A stretch of 64,000 nucleotides of DNA from an uncultured Parabacteroides sp. (lineage in GTDB: Bacteria > Bacteroidota > Bacteroidia > Bacteroidales > Tannerellaceae): contig CASEMX010000013.1 of NCBI GenBank assembly GCA_949289155.1, positions 39,065 to 103,064 of the forward strand, given 5' to 3'. The position numbers and the translations under genes were made by a program. Positions 18,033-28,551 of this stretch are shown one piece after another (positions within the stretch are counted from its first letter, which is position 1; the number at the start of each line of letters is the position of its first letter). The notes beneath the pieces are model-generated. The model was not told the origin of the DNA and ran no database searches. It saw only the letters and a list, made by a program, of their open reading frames with translations.

Positions 18033-19682
18033 ATGAGCAGAAACAAACGACTGGCTATTTGGTTGCCGGTTCTTATCGCGGCTTGTATTGCGCTGGGAAT
18101 CTTCATCGGGAATCATTATTGGTTCTTAAGTCAAGGCCGAAGCCGGAGTCTGTTCGGAGGGGGAACAGATAAAATCAGCGCTATCTTGGGGATTATCAAA
18201 GAACAATATGTGGATACGGTCAATATGACCGACTTGGTCGAAGGAGCCATCCCTAAAATATTCGGGGAGCTGGACCCGCACTCTGTGTATATCCCGGCAA
18301 AGGATGTAGCAAAGCGGGCGGAGGACTTAGAGGGTTCTTTCAGCGGAATAGGTGTCTCTTTCAATATGCAAACGGATACGATTCTGGTCATAGAAGTCGT
18401 ACCGGGCGGACCCTCTGAAAAGGCAGGGATTCAACCGTTCGACCGGATTGTCACAATTAACGATACGGTTTACGCCGGGAACAAAACGGATGACACAAAA
18501 ATCCAACAATTGCTCAGAGGGATGAAAAACAGTACCGTCCAGCTGGGCATCAAGCGCGACAATCATCCGGAACTGCTGAAAATCCAAGTAACGCGCGGCG
18601 ATGTTCCGGTAAATACGGTCGATGTCGCCTATAAAGTGAAAGAGGGCATCGGATATATAAAGGTAAGTAAGTTCGGACGGACAACGTATAATGAATTCAT
18701 TACGGCTATCGCCAAGTTAAAGCAAGAGGGCTGCCAAGCATTTATCATCGACTTGCGCGGAAATACAGGAGGATATATGGACGCAGCCATCAATATGATT
18801 AATGAATTCATGCCGGAAGGGAGACAAATCGTCTATGCAGAGGGCAAAGCTTTCCCAAGACAGGATTTCCACGCGAACGGGACGGGTACTTGCCAAGAAA
18901 GTCCCATGGTGGTGCTCACCGACGAGGGTTCGGCTTCCGCCAGCGAGATTTTCTCCGGCGCGATACAGGATAATGACCGCGGATTAATCATTGGCCGCCG
19001 CACATTCGGGAAAGGATTGGTGCAATCTCCTATCCAATTAACCGACGGCTCGGAATTATTGCTGACCGTTGCCCGCTACTATACGCCATCGGGCCGTTGC
19101 ATCCAGAAACAATACAAGCTGGGTGAAGCTGATGACTACGACCAAGATATTTATAACCGTTATTTGCACGGAGAATTTGATACGGCAGACAGCATTAAGG
19201 TGAATGATACGCTGAAATACCTCACCGTCGGCGGACGCACCGTATATGGCGGCGGAGGTATCATGCCGGATATTTTTATCCCTCGCGATACGGCAGGAAT
19301 CACCTCTTATTTTACAAGAGTTGCCAATTCCGGCATATTATATCGTTATACTTTGGAATATTCGGACGCACATAAAAAAGAATTCTTCAACTATAAAACG
19401 TATGAAGAACTGTGGAATTATTTGCAACAACAACCGTTAGTAAGCAATTTCACCAATTATGCGGCGAAAAAAGGAATCAAAAAACGTCCGAATCTGATTG
19501 CCATTTCACGCCATTTGCTCGAAAACCAATTGCAAGCCTATATCGTGCGCAACTTCTTCAAAGATGACGGATTCTATCCTATCTTTCTGAAAGATGACCC
19601 GACATTGCTGAAGGCAATTGAGGTAATAGAGGCAGGACGGGCGTTCCCCTTAGCGGATATGACACAGGAACAAGCACTATGA
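18033..19682 (+). CDS. S41 C-terminal processing protease
   Basis: LDPHS, PDZ domain, DLRGNTGG, SASASEI and TFGKGLVQ motifs. Confidence 0.92.
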   Translation: MSRNKRLAIWLPVLIAACIALGIFIGNHYWFLSQGRSRSLFGGGTDKISAILGIIKEQYVDTVNMTDLVEGAIPKIFGELDPHSVYIPAKDVAKRAEDLEGSFSGIGVSFNMQTDTILVIEVVPGGPSEKAGIQPFDRIVTINDTVYAGNKTDDTKIQQLLRGMKNSTVQLGIKRDNHPELLKIQVTRGDVPVNTVDVAYKVKEGIGYIKVSKFGRTTYNEFITAIAKLKQEGCQAFIIDLRGNTGGYMDAAINMINEFMPEGRQIVYAEGKAFPRQDFHANGTGTCQESPMVVLTDEGSASASEIFSGAIQDNDRGLIIGRRTFGKGLVQSPIQLTDGSELLLTVARYYTPSGRCIQKQYKLGEADDYDQDIYNRYLHGEFDTADSIKVNDTLKYLTVGGRTVYGGGGIMPDIFIPRDTAGITSYFTRVANSGILYRYTLEYSDAHKKEFFNYKTYEELWNYLQQQPLVSNFTNYAAKKGIKKRPNLIAISRHLLENQLQAYIVRNFFKDDGFYPIFLKDDPTLLKAIEVIEAGRAFPLADMTQEQAL

Positions 19683-20233
19683 ATGAAGAAAAACAAAAAT
19701 TGAGGCGGGAAATTGCCCTTCAAAAACGGCAATTTCCCGCTACATTATTAGACGAATGGTCCGGACTCATCTTCCGGAGATTGGAACAAACCGACCTGTT
19801 TCAAAAAGCACGTGCCATCGCCTGCTACCACGCCCTTCCGGGAGAAGTGCAAACCGTCAGTTTCTTGGAGCGATGGTATCAGGAAAAATTAATTGCCCTA
19901 CCTTTTGTAGAAAAAAACGAATTAAAATTGCTGCCTTATCAAGGAAAAGAATCGGTGCAACGCGGCACATTCGGAATTTGGGAGCCTATTGTTACGCCTG
20001 AAAGCGTTTCTGTAGAAAAAGAAATCGACCTGATTATCGTTCCGGGCGTTGCATTCGACCGCCAACTGAACCGATTAGGACGAGGGAAAGGTTTTTATGA
20101 CCGATTATTGACTCAATTGAACATACCGAAGCTCGGAGTAGGATTTTCATTCCAAGTCAGAGAACAAATACCCGTTGACCCCTTCGACCAAAAGTTGGAT
20201 ATGTTGATAACAGAGCAGGAAATTATCGAATAA
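19679..20233 (+). CDS. 5-formyltetrahydrofolate cyclo-ligase
   Basis: IDLIIVPGVAFD..RLGRGKGFYDR motif. Confidence 0.92.
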   Translation: MNEEKQKLRREIALQKRQFPATLLDEWSGLIFRRLEQTDLFQKARAIACYHALPGEVQTVSFLERWYQEKLIALPFVEKNELKLLPYQGKESVQRGTFGIWEPIVTPESVSVEKEIDLIIVPGVAFDRQLNRLGRGKGFYDRLLTQLNIPKLGVGFSFQVREQIPVDPFDQKLDMLITEQEIIE

Positions 20234-20516
20234 CCACGTCAAAAAGATAGGCTGACCCGATTTCTTTATTGAGACTCGCCTTCAGATGCTCCTTGCTCAG
20301 GAGCAATTCGCTCCGCAATACGGCTGAATTCAAATAAATATAAAGGATTCGGTCGCGAACATAGAGCTGCCGGGTATATTGATTAGACATCGGACCCAAC
20401 AGCCGGCTCCAAATGCGGGAAATACGCACTTCCATTATCTTTTCATACAGTTCGGTATTATCTTCGAAGAAGTCTCTTAATATTTCTCCTATGGACTGCG
20501 TATTGTTTCGCTTCAT
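20223..20516 (-). CDS. DUF721/DciA family protein
   Basis: 97 aa directly after recF; W...LG....YT..LYV....L.....SAVLRSELL pattern. Confidence 0.8.
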   Translation of the reverse strand: MKRNNTQSIGEILRDFFEDNTELYEKIMEVRISRIWSRLLGPMSNQYTRQLYVRDRILYIYLNSAVLRSELLLSKEHLKASLNKEIGSAYLFDVVIR

Positions 20517-21616
20517 CTTTCTTCACTTTTCATGGGAGTAATCCGTCCCTGTTCCACTTCAAACAGCGCATAATCCTGATTTATTGTCATAAGTATCTCA
20601 TCCAAATATTTGCGGTTGGTATCCGTGATAAATATTTGTCCGAATTGCGCATCACCGACCAAACGGATAATCTGAGCGACCCGTTGCGCATCCAATTTAT
20701 CGAAGATATCATCCAAAAGCAATAAAGGAATCGTGCCACTTTGCTTCAAGAAAGAAAATTGCGCCAGCTTCAACGCGATAAGAAAACTTTTCCGTTGCCC
20801 CTGCGAACCGATTCGGCGAATCAATGCCCCGTTCAATGTCATCTCCAAATCATCCTTATGGATACCGGAAGAGGTATATCCCAAAATATAATCCCGTTCC
20901 CGATTGGTTTTCAAGCGTACTTCCAGCGATTCTTCCTCCAGTTGTGAAAGATAACGCAATCCCACGTCCTCACTTGAGCAACATATTTGCTGATGATACC
21001 GATTAAAAAGCGGAATTAACTCATCAACGGTCTGCTTTCTCTTGGAATAAATCATCTCACCGTACATTTGTAACTGCATTTCAAGGACATCTAAGAGAGA
21101 ATAATCCCGATTTTGTTCTTTTAATAGGATATTTCGCTGTAAAAGTGCCTTATTATATTGTATCAATGAGTGAAGATAATTTTTATCCTGCTGCGAAATG
21201 ATTAAATCGAGGAATCGGCGGCGTTCATCACTTCCTTCTTGGATTAAATCTGCGTCTGCCGGAGAAATCATAACCAACGGAAGCAATCCGATATGCTCCG
21301 ACAATTTGCCGTACTCCTTTTTATTCCGCTTAAATAACTTACGTTGCTTTTTACGAATCGCACAAAACAACTCTTCTTCCCTTCCGTCGAAATCATATAA
21401 GCCTTGAAGCACACACATATCCTCGCCATTACGTATAATTTGACTGTCAGGCGTGTTTAAATGACTTTTACAAAATGACAAATAATAAATCGCATCCATA
21501 AAATTCGTTTTCCCCATGCCGTTATTCCCAAAGAAGCAATTAATCTTCGGAGAGAAATCCGCCTCCGCTTGGATGATATTCTTGTAATTAAGGACAGAAA
21601 GTTTCTTTAGTATCAT
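20513..21616 (-). CDS. recF: DNA replication/repair protein RecF
   Basis: GNNGMGKTN Walker A, GSQGQ and LLLDDIFDKLD motifs. Confidence 0.96.
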   Translation of the reverse strand: MILKKLSVLNYKNIIQAEADFSPKINCFFGNNGMGKTNFMDAIYYLSFCKSHLNTPDSQIIRNGEDMCVLQGLYDFDGREEELFCAIRKKQRKLFKRNKKEYGKLSEHIGLLPLVMISPADADLIQEGSDERRRFLDLIISQQDKNYLHSLIQYNKALLQRNILLKEQNRDYSLLDVLEMQLQMYGEMIYSKRKQTVDELIPLFNRYHQQICCSSEDVGLRYLSQLEEESLEVRLKTNRERDYILGYTSSGIHKDDLEMTLNGALIRRIGSQGQRKSFLIALKLAQFSFLKQSGTIPLLLLDDIFDKLDAQRVAQIIRLVGDAQFGQIFITDTNRKYLDEILMTINQDYALFEVEQGRITPMKSEER

Positions 21617-21760
21617 TCGTTCATTCGTTATATCCCCGCAAAAGTAAAAAATATACCGACTTAATGCAGATTATTCAGCAAAAAAAACTACTTTTGCGCC
21701 TTGAAGCGGAAAATTGCTTCCTGAGAGAAAGAAGATTAATAAAATAACTATAAATAAATT

Positions 21761-22438
21761 ATGGCTACTAAAGAAAAGGAAACCGTAGAAGTAGAAGAAC
21801 TTGTTTCGAAATCGGAACTATTTATTGAACAAAATTCCAAGAAAATCTTGCTCGGCATTGTTGCTTTAGCAGTAATTGTGGGCGCATTTTTCGGTTATCG
21901 GCACGGATATCTGATGCCGTTACAGGAAAAAGCCAATGTTGCAATATTTAAAGGCGAGCAATATTTCCTAAAAGACTCTTTCCAATTGGCATTGAACGGA
22001 AATGGCGCGGATTATGATGGATTCGAAGCGATTATTGACCAATATGGCAATACGAATGCTGGCAATTTGGCAAAGGCTTATGCCGGAATTTGCTATTACA
22101 AATTGGGCGAAACAGAAAAAGCGTTGGAAAAGCTGAAAGCATTCGACCCAAAAGACAATATGATTTCTCCAGCTATTATCGGATTAATCGGTGATTGCTA
22201 TGTAAACATGGACAACGCACAGGAAGGAGTTACCTATTTCGAGAAGGCAGCAACCGCAGCCAATAACGAAGTAATTAGTCCTATTTATTTAAAGAAAGCA
22301 GGTTTTGCATACGAAAGCCTGCAACAATACGATAATGCTGTAAAAGCTTACACTACAATCAAAGAAAAATATTTCAATTCAGTAGAAGCTGCCGATATTG
22401 ACAAATATATTGCACGTGCTACTGCATTGGCAAAATAA
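21761..22438 (+). CDS. Membrane-anchored TPR protein (YfgM-like)
   Basis: N-terminal TM helix followed by TPR-like helical repeats; upstream of ribH. Confidence 0.75.
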   Translation: MATKEKETVEVEELVSKSELFIEQNSKKILLGIVALAVIVGAFFGYRHGYLMPLQEKANVAIFKGEQYFLKDSFQLALNGNGADYDGFEAIIDQYGNTNAGNLAKAYAGICYYKLGETEKALEKLKAFDPKDNMISPAIIGLIGDCYVNMDNAQEGVTYFEKAATAANNEVISPIYLKKAGFAYESLQQYDNAVKAYTTIKEKYFNSVEAADIDKYIARATALAK

Positions 22439-22519
22439 ATTATTTGCATGAGGCTTCAGAACAATCGACGTTTGTCGGATTTGTCTCCTGAAGCCTCATC
22501 TTTTTATAAAGATTAAATT

Positions 22520-23008
22520 ATGGCTACCGCTTATCAGAATTTATCAGACTACGATTTTAACAGCGTACCGGACGCTTCCGATATGAACATCGGTATTGTT
22601 GTTGCCGAATGGAATAGAAACATTACAGAAAAGCTGTTGGAAGGAGCTTGCAATACGTTAGAAAAACATGGCGTAAAGCCAGAAAACATTATCGTCCGAC
22701 GAGTTCCTGGAAGTTTTGAATTAACTTTTGCCGCAAGAAGGTTAGCCGATACAAGAGATATCGACGCGGTTATTGCTTTAGGCTGCGTAGTGAAAGGAGA
22801 AACCCCTCATTTCGATTACGTATGCTCCAGTGTCACACAAGGACTGACTGAATTAAATTCAATGTACGATATTCCTTTCATCTTTGGTCTATTAACTACT
22901 GATAATATGCAGCAAGCCGAAGACAGAGCCGGAGGAAAATATGGCAACAAAGGGGATGAAGCTGCAATAACCGCAATAAAAATGATTGATTTTTCTTGCA
23001 AGTTATAA
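22520..23008 (+). CDS. ribH: 6,7-dimethyl-8-ribityllumazine synthase
   Basis: [21 protein letters not shown] and GNKGDEAA motifs. Confidence 0.96.
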   Translation: MATAYQNLSDYDFNSVPDASDMNIGIVVAEWNRNITEKLLEGACNTLEKHGVKPENIIVRRVPGSFELTFAARRLADTRDIDAVIALGCVVKGETPHFDYVCSSVTQGLTELNSMYDIPFIFGLLTTDNMQQAEDRAGGKYGNKGDEAAITAIKMIDFSCKL

Positions 23009-23018
23009 AAATAATCCA

Positions 23019-23026
23019 TACCTTTG
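23019..23026 (+). promoter_or_regulatory. -7 promoter element for the tRNA-Tyr/Gly pair
   Basis: TACCTTTG about 20 nt before tRNA-Tyr. Confidence 0.65.
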
Positions 23027-23047
23027 CACCGCAATTGAGAAACAGAG

Positions 23048-23130
23048 GGGCAGTTACCAGAGTGGCCAAATGGGGCTGACTGTAACTCAGCTGGCTTACG
23101 CCTTCGGTGGTTCGAATCCATCACTGCCCA
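23048..23130 (+). tRNA. tRNA-Tyr(GTA)
   Basis: GGGCAGT/ACTGCCC acceptor, GTA anticodon, long variable arm, TTCGAAT T-loop. Confidence 0.97.
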
Positions 23131-23163
23131 CTCTTTTTTAATTGTAATGCTTACAAAAATAAC

Positions 23164-23236
23164 GCGGAAGTAGCTCAGTCGATAGAGCACTAGCCTTCCA
23201 AGCTGGGGGTCGCGGGTTTGAGCCCCGTCTTCCGCT
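23164..23236 (+). tRNA. tRNA-Gly(TCC) with non-canonical A19 and U56
   Basis: GCGGAAG/CTTCCGC acceptor, TCC anticodon, U73; T-loop TTTGAGC, D-loop AGTCGATA. Confidence 0.93.
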
Positions 23237-23516
23237 CATAAAAGAGAAGCCATTTCTAAGCGAGAAAAGGATTCTCTTTTTTTGTTTTATAGCCGTTTCA
23301 TTGAAATTGTCGAAGGGCATTCGAACGCGAATACAAGATTCAGCCCAAAGGATGATTCTTTAAAATAAGACGTTTAGGTTTATCGAAAATAACGGATAAT
23401 GGGAGGAAATATATCGGTTCTTTTTCCAAAATTAACCGATATTTCTCAACAACAACCGCTATTTTTTACACATATCCGAAGAAGATTGTTTAGGTTAATG
23501 ATATAAAAAGAAAAAA

Positions 23517-25616
23517 ATGGAAACGAATGCTTTACTTGCACCTTTATTTTTCGTAGTAATCTGTTTGGTTGTTGGTGCAATTCTCAAATCCGTTTTAAAG
23601 AAAACGAGTTTTCCCTATACGGTTGGGTTATTTGTATTAGGTATAGGATTAGGACTGTTCGACCGATTCGGTCTTTTGCAGGATGCCGGAATATTAAAAT
23701 CAGCAGTTGACTTTGCCGGGAACATGGATCCGGATTTAATTCTCTATATCTTCCTTCCTTTACTGATATTCGACGGTGCTTACGAATTAGATTTGCACGT
23801 TTTCCGAAAATCTCTATTAAATTCTACCCTACTCGCCGGTCCCGGAATGGTTATTTCGATGTTTTTAATCGGAGCTTTGATAATGGGACTCGCTTATTTC
23901 GTCCCAGAGTGCAGTGGTTGGAATTGGAGCTACGCATTAATGTTCGGTGCACTGATAAGTGCTACAGACCCGGTCGCAGTCGTGGCTTTATTGAAAGAAC
24001 TCGGCACGAGTAAACGATTTTCTACGTTAGTCGATGCCGAATCAATGCTAAACGACGGGACAGGTATCGTATTATTCATGATTTTCTTCGGTGTTTATTC
24101 TGCAACGGGAGCCACAGAAATGTCACCTGTCTTGAATTTTCTTTTAGTTGTATTCGGCGGAGTTTTATTAGGCTGGATTATTGCCCGGTTTACTATCTGG
24201 TTCTTGGCAAAAGTCGGCGGCGATGAATCCGTGCAAAACAGTGTAATCATCGTATCCTCTTATATTACATTCATCTTAGCCCAAAGTTTTTTGGATGTAT
24301 CCGGCGTAATTGCATTAGTAGCTTTTGGTTTGACAATAACATACGTCGGTCGTCCGCGTCTGAAACCGGAAGTCAATAAGTTCATGGGGCAATTTTGGGA
24401 GCTTATGGCTTATATGGCAAATACGCTCATATTTATTATAGTAGGCGTAGTGATTGCGCTAAAAGTAGATATGACATGGAGCAGTTTCTTGTTGTTAATT
24501 GGTGTTTACATCGGAGTCAATATCGCCCGAATGTTGATGATTGTGATTCTATATCCATTTATGAAGAAAACCGGATATGGATTGACTATGAGAGAATCGT
24601 TCATTTTAGGCTGGGGCGGCTTACGCGGCGCATTAGGTCTAACATTGGCGCTCATGGTTTCCTATACGCTTGCCATTCCAGAGGATATTCGTCGTCAGAT
24701 ACTGCTTTTCACCGGAGGAATCGTGACTTTGACTTTAGGAGTAAACGCTACTACGATGCGTTGGTTCCTATTGAAGTTAGGATTAACCAAGGTCCCTTCA
24801 GCCAAAATGCTATTGGATTACAGTATTAAAAAACAAATCGCAGACAGCACTGAGAAATATTTAGAAAAGCTCAAGAAACGTGAAGCATTGGAGGTATCCA
24901 ATTGGAAATTGGTCGAGAAATTCATGCCAGAGCCCGAACAAGCTCCGGATGTTTCCATATTAACTCCCGACGTGCTTGCCGACGTCCGGTTGCGTGTCTT
25001 GAAGAAAGAAAAAAGAGCATGCTGGGATTTGTATAATGAAGGAATTATATCGAATGTTTCACTCCGGATTCTATTAGGTGCATTAGATGAACAGTACGAT
25101 CGAGACGGACGTCTTCCACTTTCGAAACGGAAATGGATTTTCAATTACTACAATCAGCCCTTCTATATCCGTTGGTTCAAACAAATCCCTGCCATAAAAG
25201 ATTGGTGCGATAAGTTTTCGCACGAATGGGTTATCAATGGTTACGATTTAGGACGCGGTTTTATCATCACACAAAAAGAGGCTTTGAAGCTGATTGAAGA
25301 ATTTTCTCAGTCGGATGTCTTATCGGAAGCAGAGAAAAACGCATTGAGCGAATTGAGAACCGAAGTAGAAGAGAATATCAACCACATCGGAGAGGTATTG
25401 AACTCGCTCTCGAAAGAATATCCTATCTCTTATCGCTGCGGAGTAACCCGTAAATCTATCCGAATGTTATTGGCGAACGAAAAACGTATCGTGAACCAGT
25501 TCCAAAAAGAGGGCATATTATCAGAAAATGATGCCAAAGGGCTGACCGATGATTTGGACGAGCGTTACCAAAGCTTGACGACTTATCACATAAATCAATT
25601 ATTAGATAAAGTTTAA
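23517..25616 (+). CDS. CPA1 Na+/H+ antiporter (NhaP-like) with a large C-terminal soluble domain
   Basis: ATDPVAVVA, ESMLNDG and GGLRGAL motifs; many TM helices. Confidence 0.9.
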   Translation: METNALLAPLFFVVICLVVGAILKSVLKKTSFPYTVGLFVLGIGLGLFDRFGLLQDAGILKSAVDFAGNMDPDLILYIFLPLLIFDGAYELDLHVFRKSLLNSTLLAGPGMVISMFLIGALIMGLAYFVPECSGWNWSYALMFGALISATDPVAVVALLKELGTSKRFSTLVDAESMLNDGTGIVLFMIFFGVYSATGATEMSPVLNFLLVVFGGVLLGWIIARFTIWFLAKVGGDESVQNSVIIVSSYITFILAQSFLDVSGVIALVAFGLTITYVGRPRLKPEVNKFMGQFWELMAYMANTLIFIIVGVVIALKVDMTWSSFLLLIGVYIGVNIARMLMIVILYPFMKKTGYGLTMRESFILGWGGLRGALGLTLALMVSYTLAIPEDIRRQILLFTGGIVTLTLGVNATTMRWFLLKLGLTKVPSAKMLLDYSIKKQIADSTEKYLEKLKKREALEVSNWKLVEKFMPEPEQAPDVSILTPDVLADVRLRVLKKEKRACWDLYNEGIISNVSLRILLGALDEQYDRDGRLPLSKRKWIFNYYNQPFYIRWFKQIPAIKDWCDKFSHEWVINGYDLGRGFIITQKEALKLIEEFSQSDVLSEAEKNALSELRTEVEENINHIGEVLNSLSKEYPISYRCGVTRKSIRMLLANEKRIVNQFQKEGILSENDAKGLTDDLDERYQSLTTYHINQLLDKV

Positions 25617-25739
25617 GTTGAGCAAATAATAAAAAGTGGTGTTAAAAATTTTCCTCTTTCAACTCTTTTATAGAGAGAAATGAAAAATAAATCACTACTT
25701 TTGTGTTCTCGAATTTTTAACATAAAGGAATTGTATAAG

Positions 25740-27263
25740 ATGACTGCAACAAAACGAATTAAGCGTGCACTTGTTTCAGTGTACCATAAGGATGGTTTAG
25801 ATGAAATTTTAAGAAAACTTCATGAAGAAGGGGTTTCGTTTGTATCAACAGGCGGAACAAAAGCGTTTATCGAATCGTTAGGAATCCCTTGCGATGCGGT
25901 AGAAGATTTAACTGGTTATCCGTCTATTTTAGGCGGACGTGTCAAAACTTTGCACCCGAAGGTTTTCGGCGGTATTCTGGCGCGTCGTGAGAATGAAAGT
26001 GACCAAGAACAATTGGCAAAATATGAAATCCCTGAAATTGATTTAGTGATTGTTGATTTATATCCCTTCGAAGAAACAGTAGCTTCAGGGGCAGATGAAC
26101 AGGCAATCATCGAGAAAATTGATATAGGCGGCATATCTTTGATTCGCGCAGCCGCAAAAAATTTCAAAGATGTTGTTATCGTCGCCTCCAAACATCAATA
26201 TGCTCCGCTGATGAATTTATTAAACGAGAAGGGAGCTGAAACAACTTTAGATGACCGCAAATGGTTTGCGAAAGAAGCCTTTGCCGTTTCTTCAGGATAT
26301 GATACGGCTATCTTTAACTATTTCGACAACCGATCAGGTTCTTACTTCCGTGTAGCTGTAGATCAACCGATGCATCTTCGTTATGGAGAGAATCCTCATC
26401 AAACAGGGCATTTCTATGGCAAATTCAACGATATGTTCGAACAATTGCATGGGAAAGAAATCTCTTACAATAATTTATTAGACATTGATGCTGCCGTTAA
26501 TTTAATCGACGAATTCGATGAATTGACATTTGCAGTCCTGAAACATAACAACGCTTGCGGTGTTGCTTCTCGTTCTACCGTATTGGAAGCATGGAAAGAT
26601 GCATTAGCTGGCGACCCTGTTTCTGCTTTCGGTGGTATTTTAATCACCAATACAACAATTAATAAGGAAGTGGCAGAGGAAATTCATAAGATTTTCTTCG
26701 AAGTGATTATTGCTCCTGCTTATGATGAAGAGGCATTAGCCATATTGGAACAGAAGAAAAATCGCATTATCCTGCTTCGTAAAGAGTGCAAAACTTGTCC
26801 GATGCAGTTCCGTTCGCTATTAAATGGTGTATTGATGCAGGAAAAAGACTTGAGTATCCAGACAGAAGTCGATTTGGAACCAATGTCGAACAAACAACCT
26901 TCCGAACCGGAAATCGAAGATTTGTTATTTGCGAACAAAATTGTAAAGAATAGCAAGTCCAATGCCATCACATTGGTAAAAAATAAACAGTTGTGTGCAA
27001 GTGGTATCGGACAAACATCTCGCGTTGATGCACTGAAACAGGCAATTGAAAAGGCAAAATCGTTCAACTTCGACTTGAATGGTGCAGTAATGGCCTCTGA
27101 TGCTTTCTTCCCATTCCCTGATTGTGTAGAAATAGCGGATAAAGCCGGCATCACAGCCGTTATCCAGCCGGGCGGTTCTATTAAAGATGATTTATCGATA
27201 GCTTATTGCAACGAACACAACATTGCAATGGTTAAAACCGGGGTTCGCCACTTTAGACATTAA
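25740..27263 (+). CDS. purH: Bifunctional AICAR transformylase/IMP cyclohydrolase
   Basis: Start MTATKRIKRALVSV; RVKTLHP, IDIGG, LRYGENPHQ, KHNNACG and SDAFFPF motifs. Confidence 0.96.
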   Translation: MTATKRIKRALVSVYHKDGLDEILRKLHEEGVSFVSTGGTKAFIESLGIPCDAVEDLTGYPSILGGRVKTLHPKVFGGILARRENESDQEQLAKYEIPEIDLVIVDLYPFEETVASGADEQAIIEKIDIGGISLIRAAAKNFKDVVIVASKHQYAPLMNLLNEKGAETTLDDRKWFAKEAFAVSSGYDTAIFNYFDNRSGSYFRVAVDQPMHLRYGENPHQTGHFYGKFNDMFEQLHGKEISYNNLLDIDAAVNLIDEFDELTFAVLKHNNACGVASRSTVLEAWKDALAGDPVSAFGGILITNTTINKEVAEEIHKIFFEVIIAPAYDEEALAILEQKKNRIILLRKECKTCPMQFRSLLNGVLMQEKDLSIQTEVDLEPMSNKQPSEPEIEDLLFANKIVKNSKSNAITLVKNKQLCASGIGQTSRVDALKQAIEKAKSFNFDLNGAVMASDAFFPFPDCVEIADKAGITAVIQPGGSIKDDLSIAYCNEHNIAMVKTGVRHFRH

Positions 27264-27464
27264 TAGGAATATTCTGAATCAATAGGTAGCAGATATGTTT
27301 TGCAGTTCAGTTGAGCTTATATATTTTGCTGCCGAACAATAAATCGTACCACTTGTGTATTCTCATCAGATTACACAAGTGGTTTAATCAAACTTAAATG
27401 CGGTACGATTTGTTTGATTCAAGAAAAACTGAAATACAGAGTTCAAATTCGTAATAAATAAAGA

Positions 27465-28484
27465 ATGGGTTTATTTTCATTTACTCAAGAAGTCGCAATG
27501 GACTTGGGAACTGCCAATACAATTGTGATATGCAATGGTAAAATGGTAGTTGATGAACCTTCCATGATTGCATTGGACCGTCGAACAGACAAAGTACTGG
27601 CAATCGGGAAAGTGGCTCGTGAAATGGCAGGAAAGGAAAATGATAACATCCTTACGATTCGCCCATTACGTGAAGGCGTTATTGCCGATTTCAACGCAGC
27701 AGAGCAGATGATACGCGGATTAGTAAAGATGGCAAGCAATAAAAGCCGCTGGTTCACCCCATCTTTACGTATGGTTATTGGTATTCCTTCCGGTAGTACC
27801 GAGGTAGAAATCCGTGCCGTGCGCGATTCTGCCGAACATGCTGGCGGACGGGATGTATATATGATATTCGAACCTATGGCAGCTGCGTTGGGTATCGGTA
27901 TTGATGTGCAGGCGCCTGAGGGAAATATGATTGTAGATATAGGCGGAGGAACGACAGAAATTGCCGTAATTTCATTAGGAGGTATTGTTACCAATAAGTC
28001 TATCCGCATTGCAGGAGATGATTTAACCGATGATATTGTGGAATATATGCGTCGGCAACATAATGTAAAAGTAGGAGAACGCACAGCAGAACAGATAAAA
28101 ATTCATGTAGGCTCGGCATTAACGACATTGGATAACCCACCAGAGGATTATGTTGTATATGGTCCGAATCAAATGACTTCTCTGCCGATGGAAGTTGCTG
28201 TTTCCTACCAGGAAATCGCCCATTGTCTAGACCGGACCATCTCGAAGATGGAAACAGCCATCCTAAGCGCATTGGAACAAACTCCACCGGAATTGTATGC
28301 AGACATTGTTCATAATGGCATTTACCTGACTGGAGGTGGAGCTTTAATACGTGGATTGGATAAACGTTTATCTGATAAAATGAATATAGCGTTCCATGTT
28401 TCGGAAGATCCATTACGTGCCGTTGCCCGGGGAACAGGTGTTGCTCTGAAAAACATCGACAAATTCAATTTTTTGATTCGATAA
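27465..28484 (+). CDS. mreB: Rod shape-determining protein MreB
   Basis: DLGTANT, DIGGGTT and LTGGGAL actin-like motifs. Confidence 0.97.
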   Translation: MGLFSFTQEVAMDLGTANTIVICNGKMVVDEPSMIALDRRTDKVLAIGKVAREMAGKENDNILTIRPLREGVIADFNAAEQMIRGLVKMASNKSRWFTPSLRMVIGIPSGSTEVEIRAVRDSAEHAGGRDVYMIFEPMAAALGIGIDVQAPEGNMIVDIGGGTTEIAVISLGGIVTNKSIRIAGDDLTDDIVEYMRRQHNVKVGERTAEQIKIHVGSALTTLDNPPEDYVVYGPNQMTSLPMEVAVSYQEIAHCLDRTISKMETAILSALEQTPPELYADIVHNGIYLTGGGALIRGLDKRLSDKMNIAFHVSEDPLRAVARGTGVALKNIDKFNFLIR

Positions 28485-28551
28485 AAACTAATGCGGGTTG
28501 GATATTAAGTAAAAAATACTTGATATCCAGCTCTTATTTATAGAAGACGAT

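Noticed and set aside
25715-25742. dif-like site (TTTAACATAA)
   Set aside because: Only one half-site resembles a XerD arm, and it overlaps the purH initiation region.
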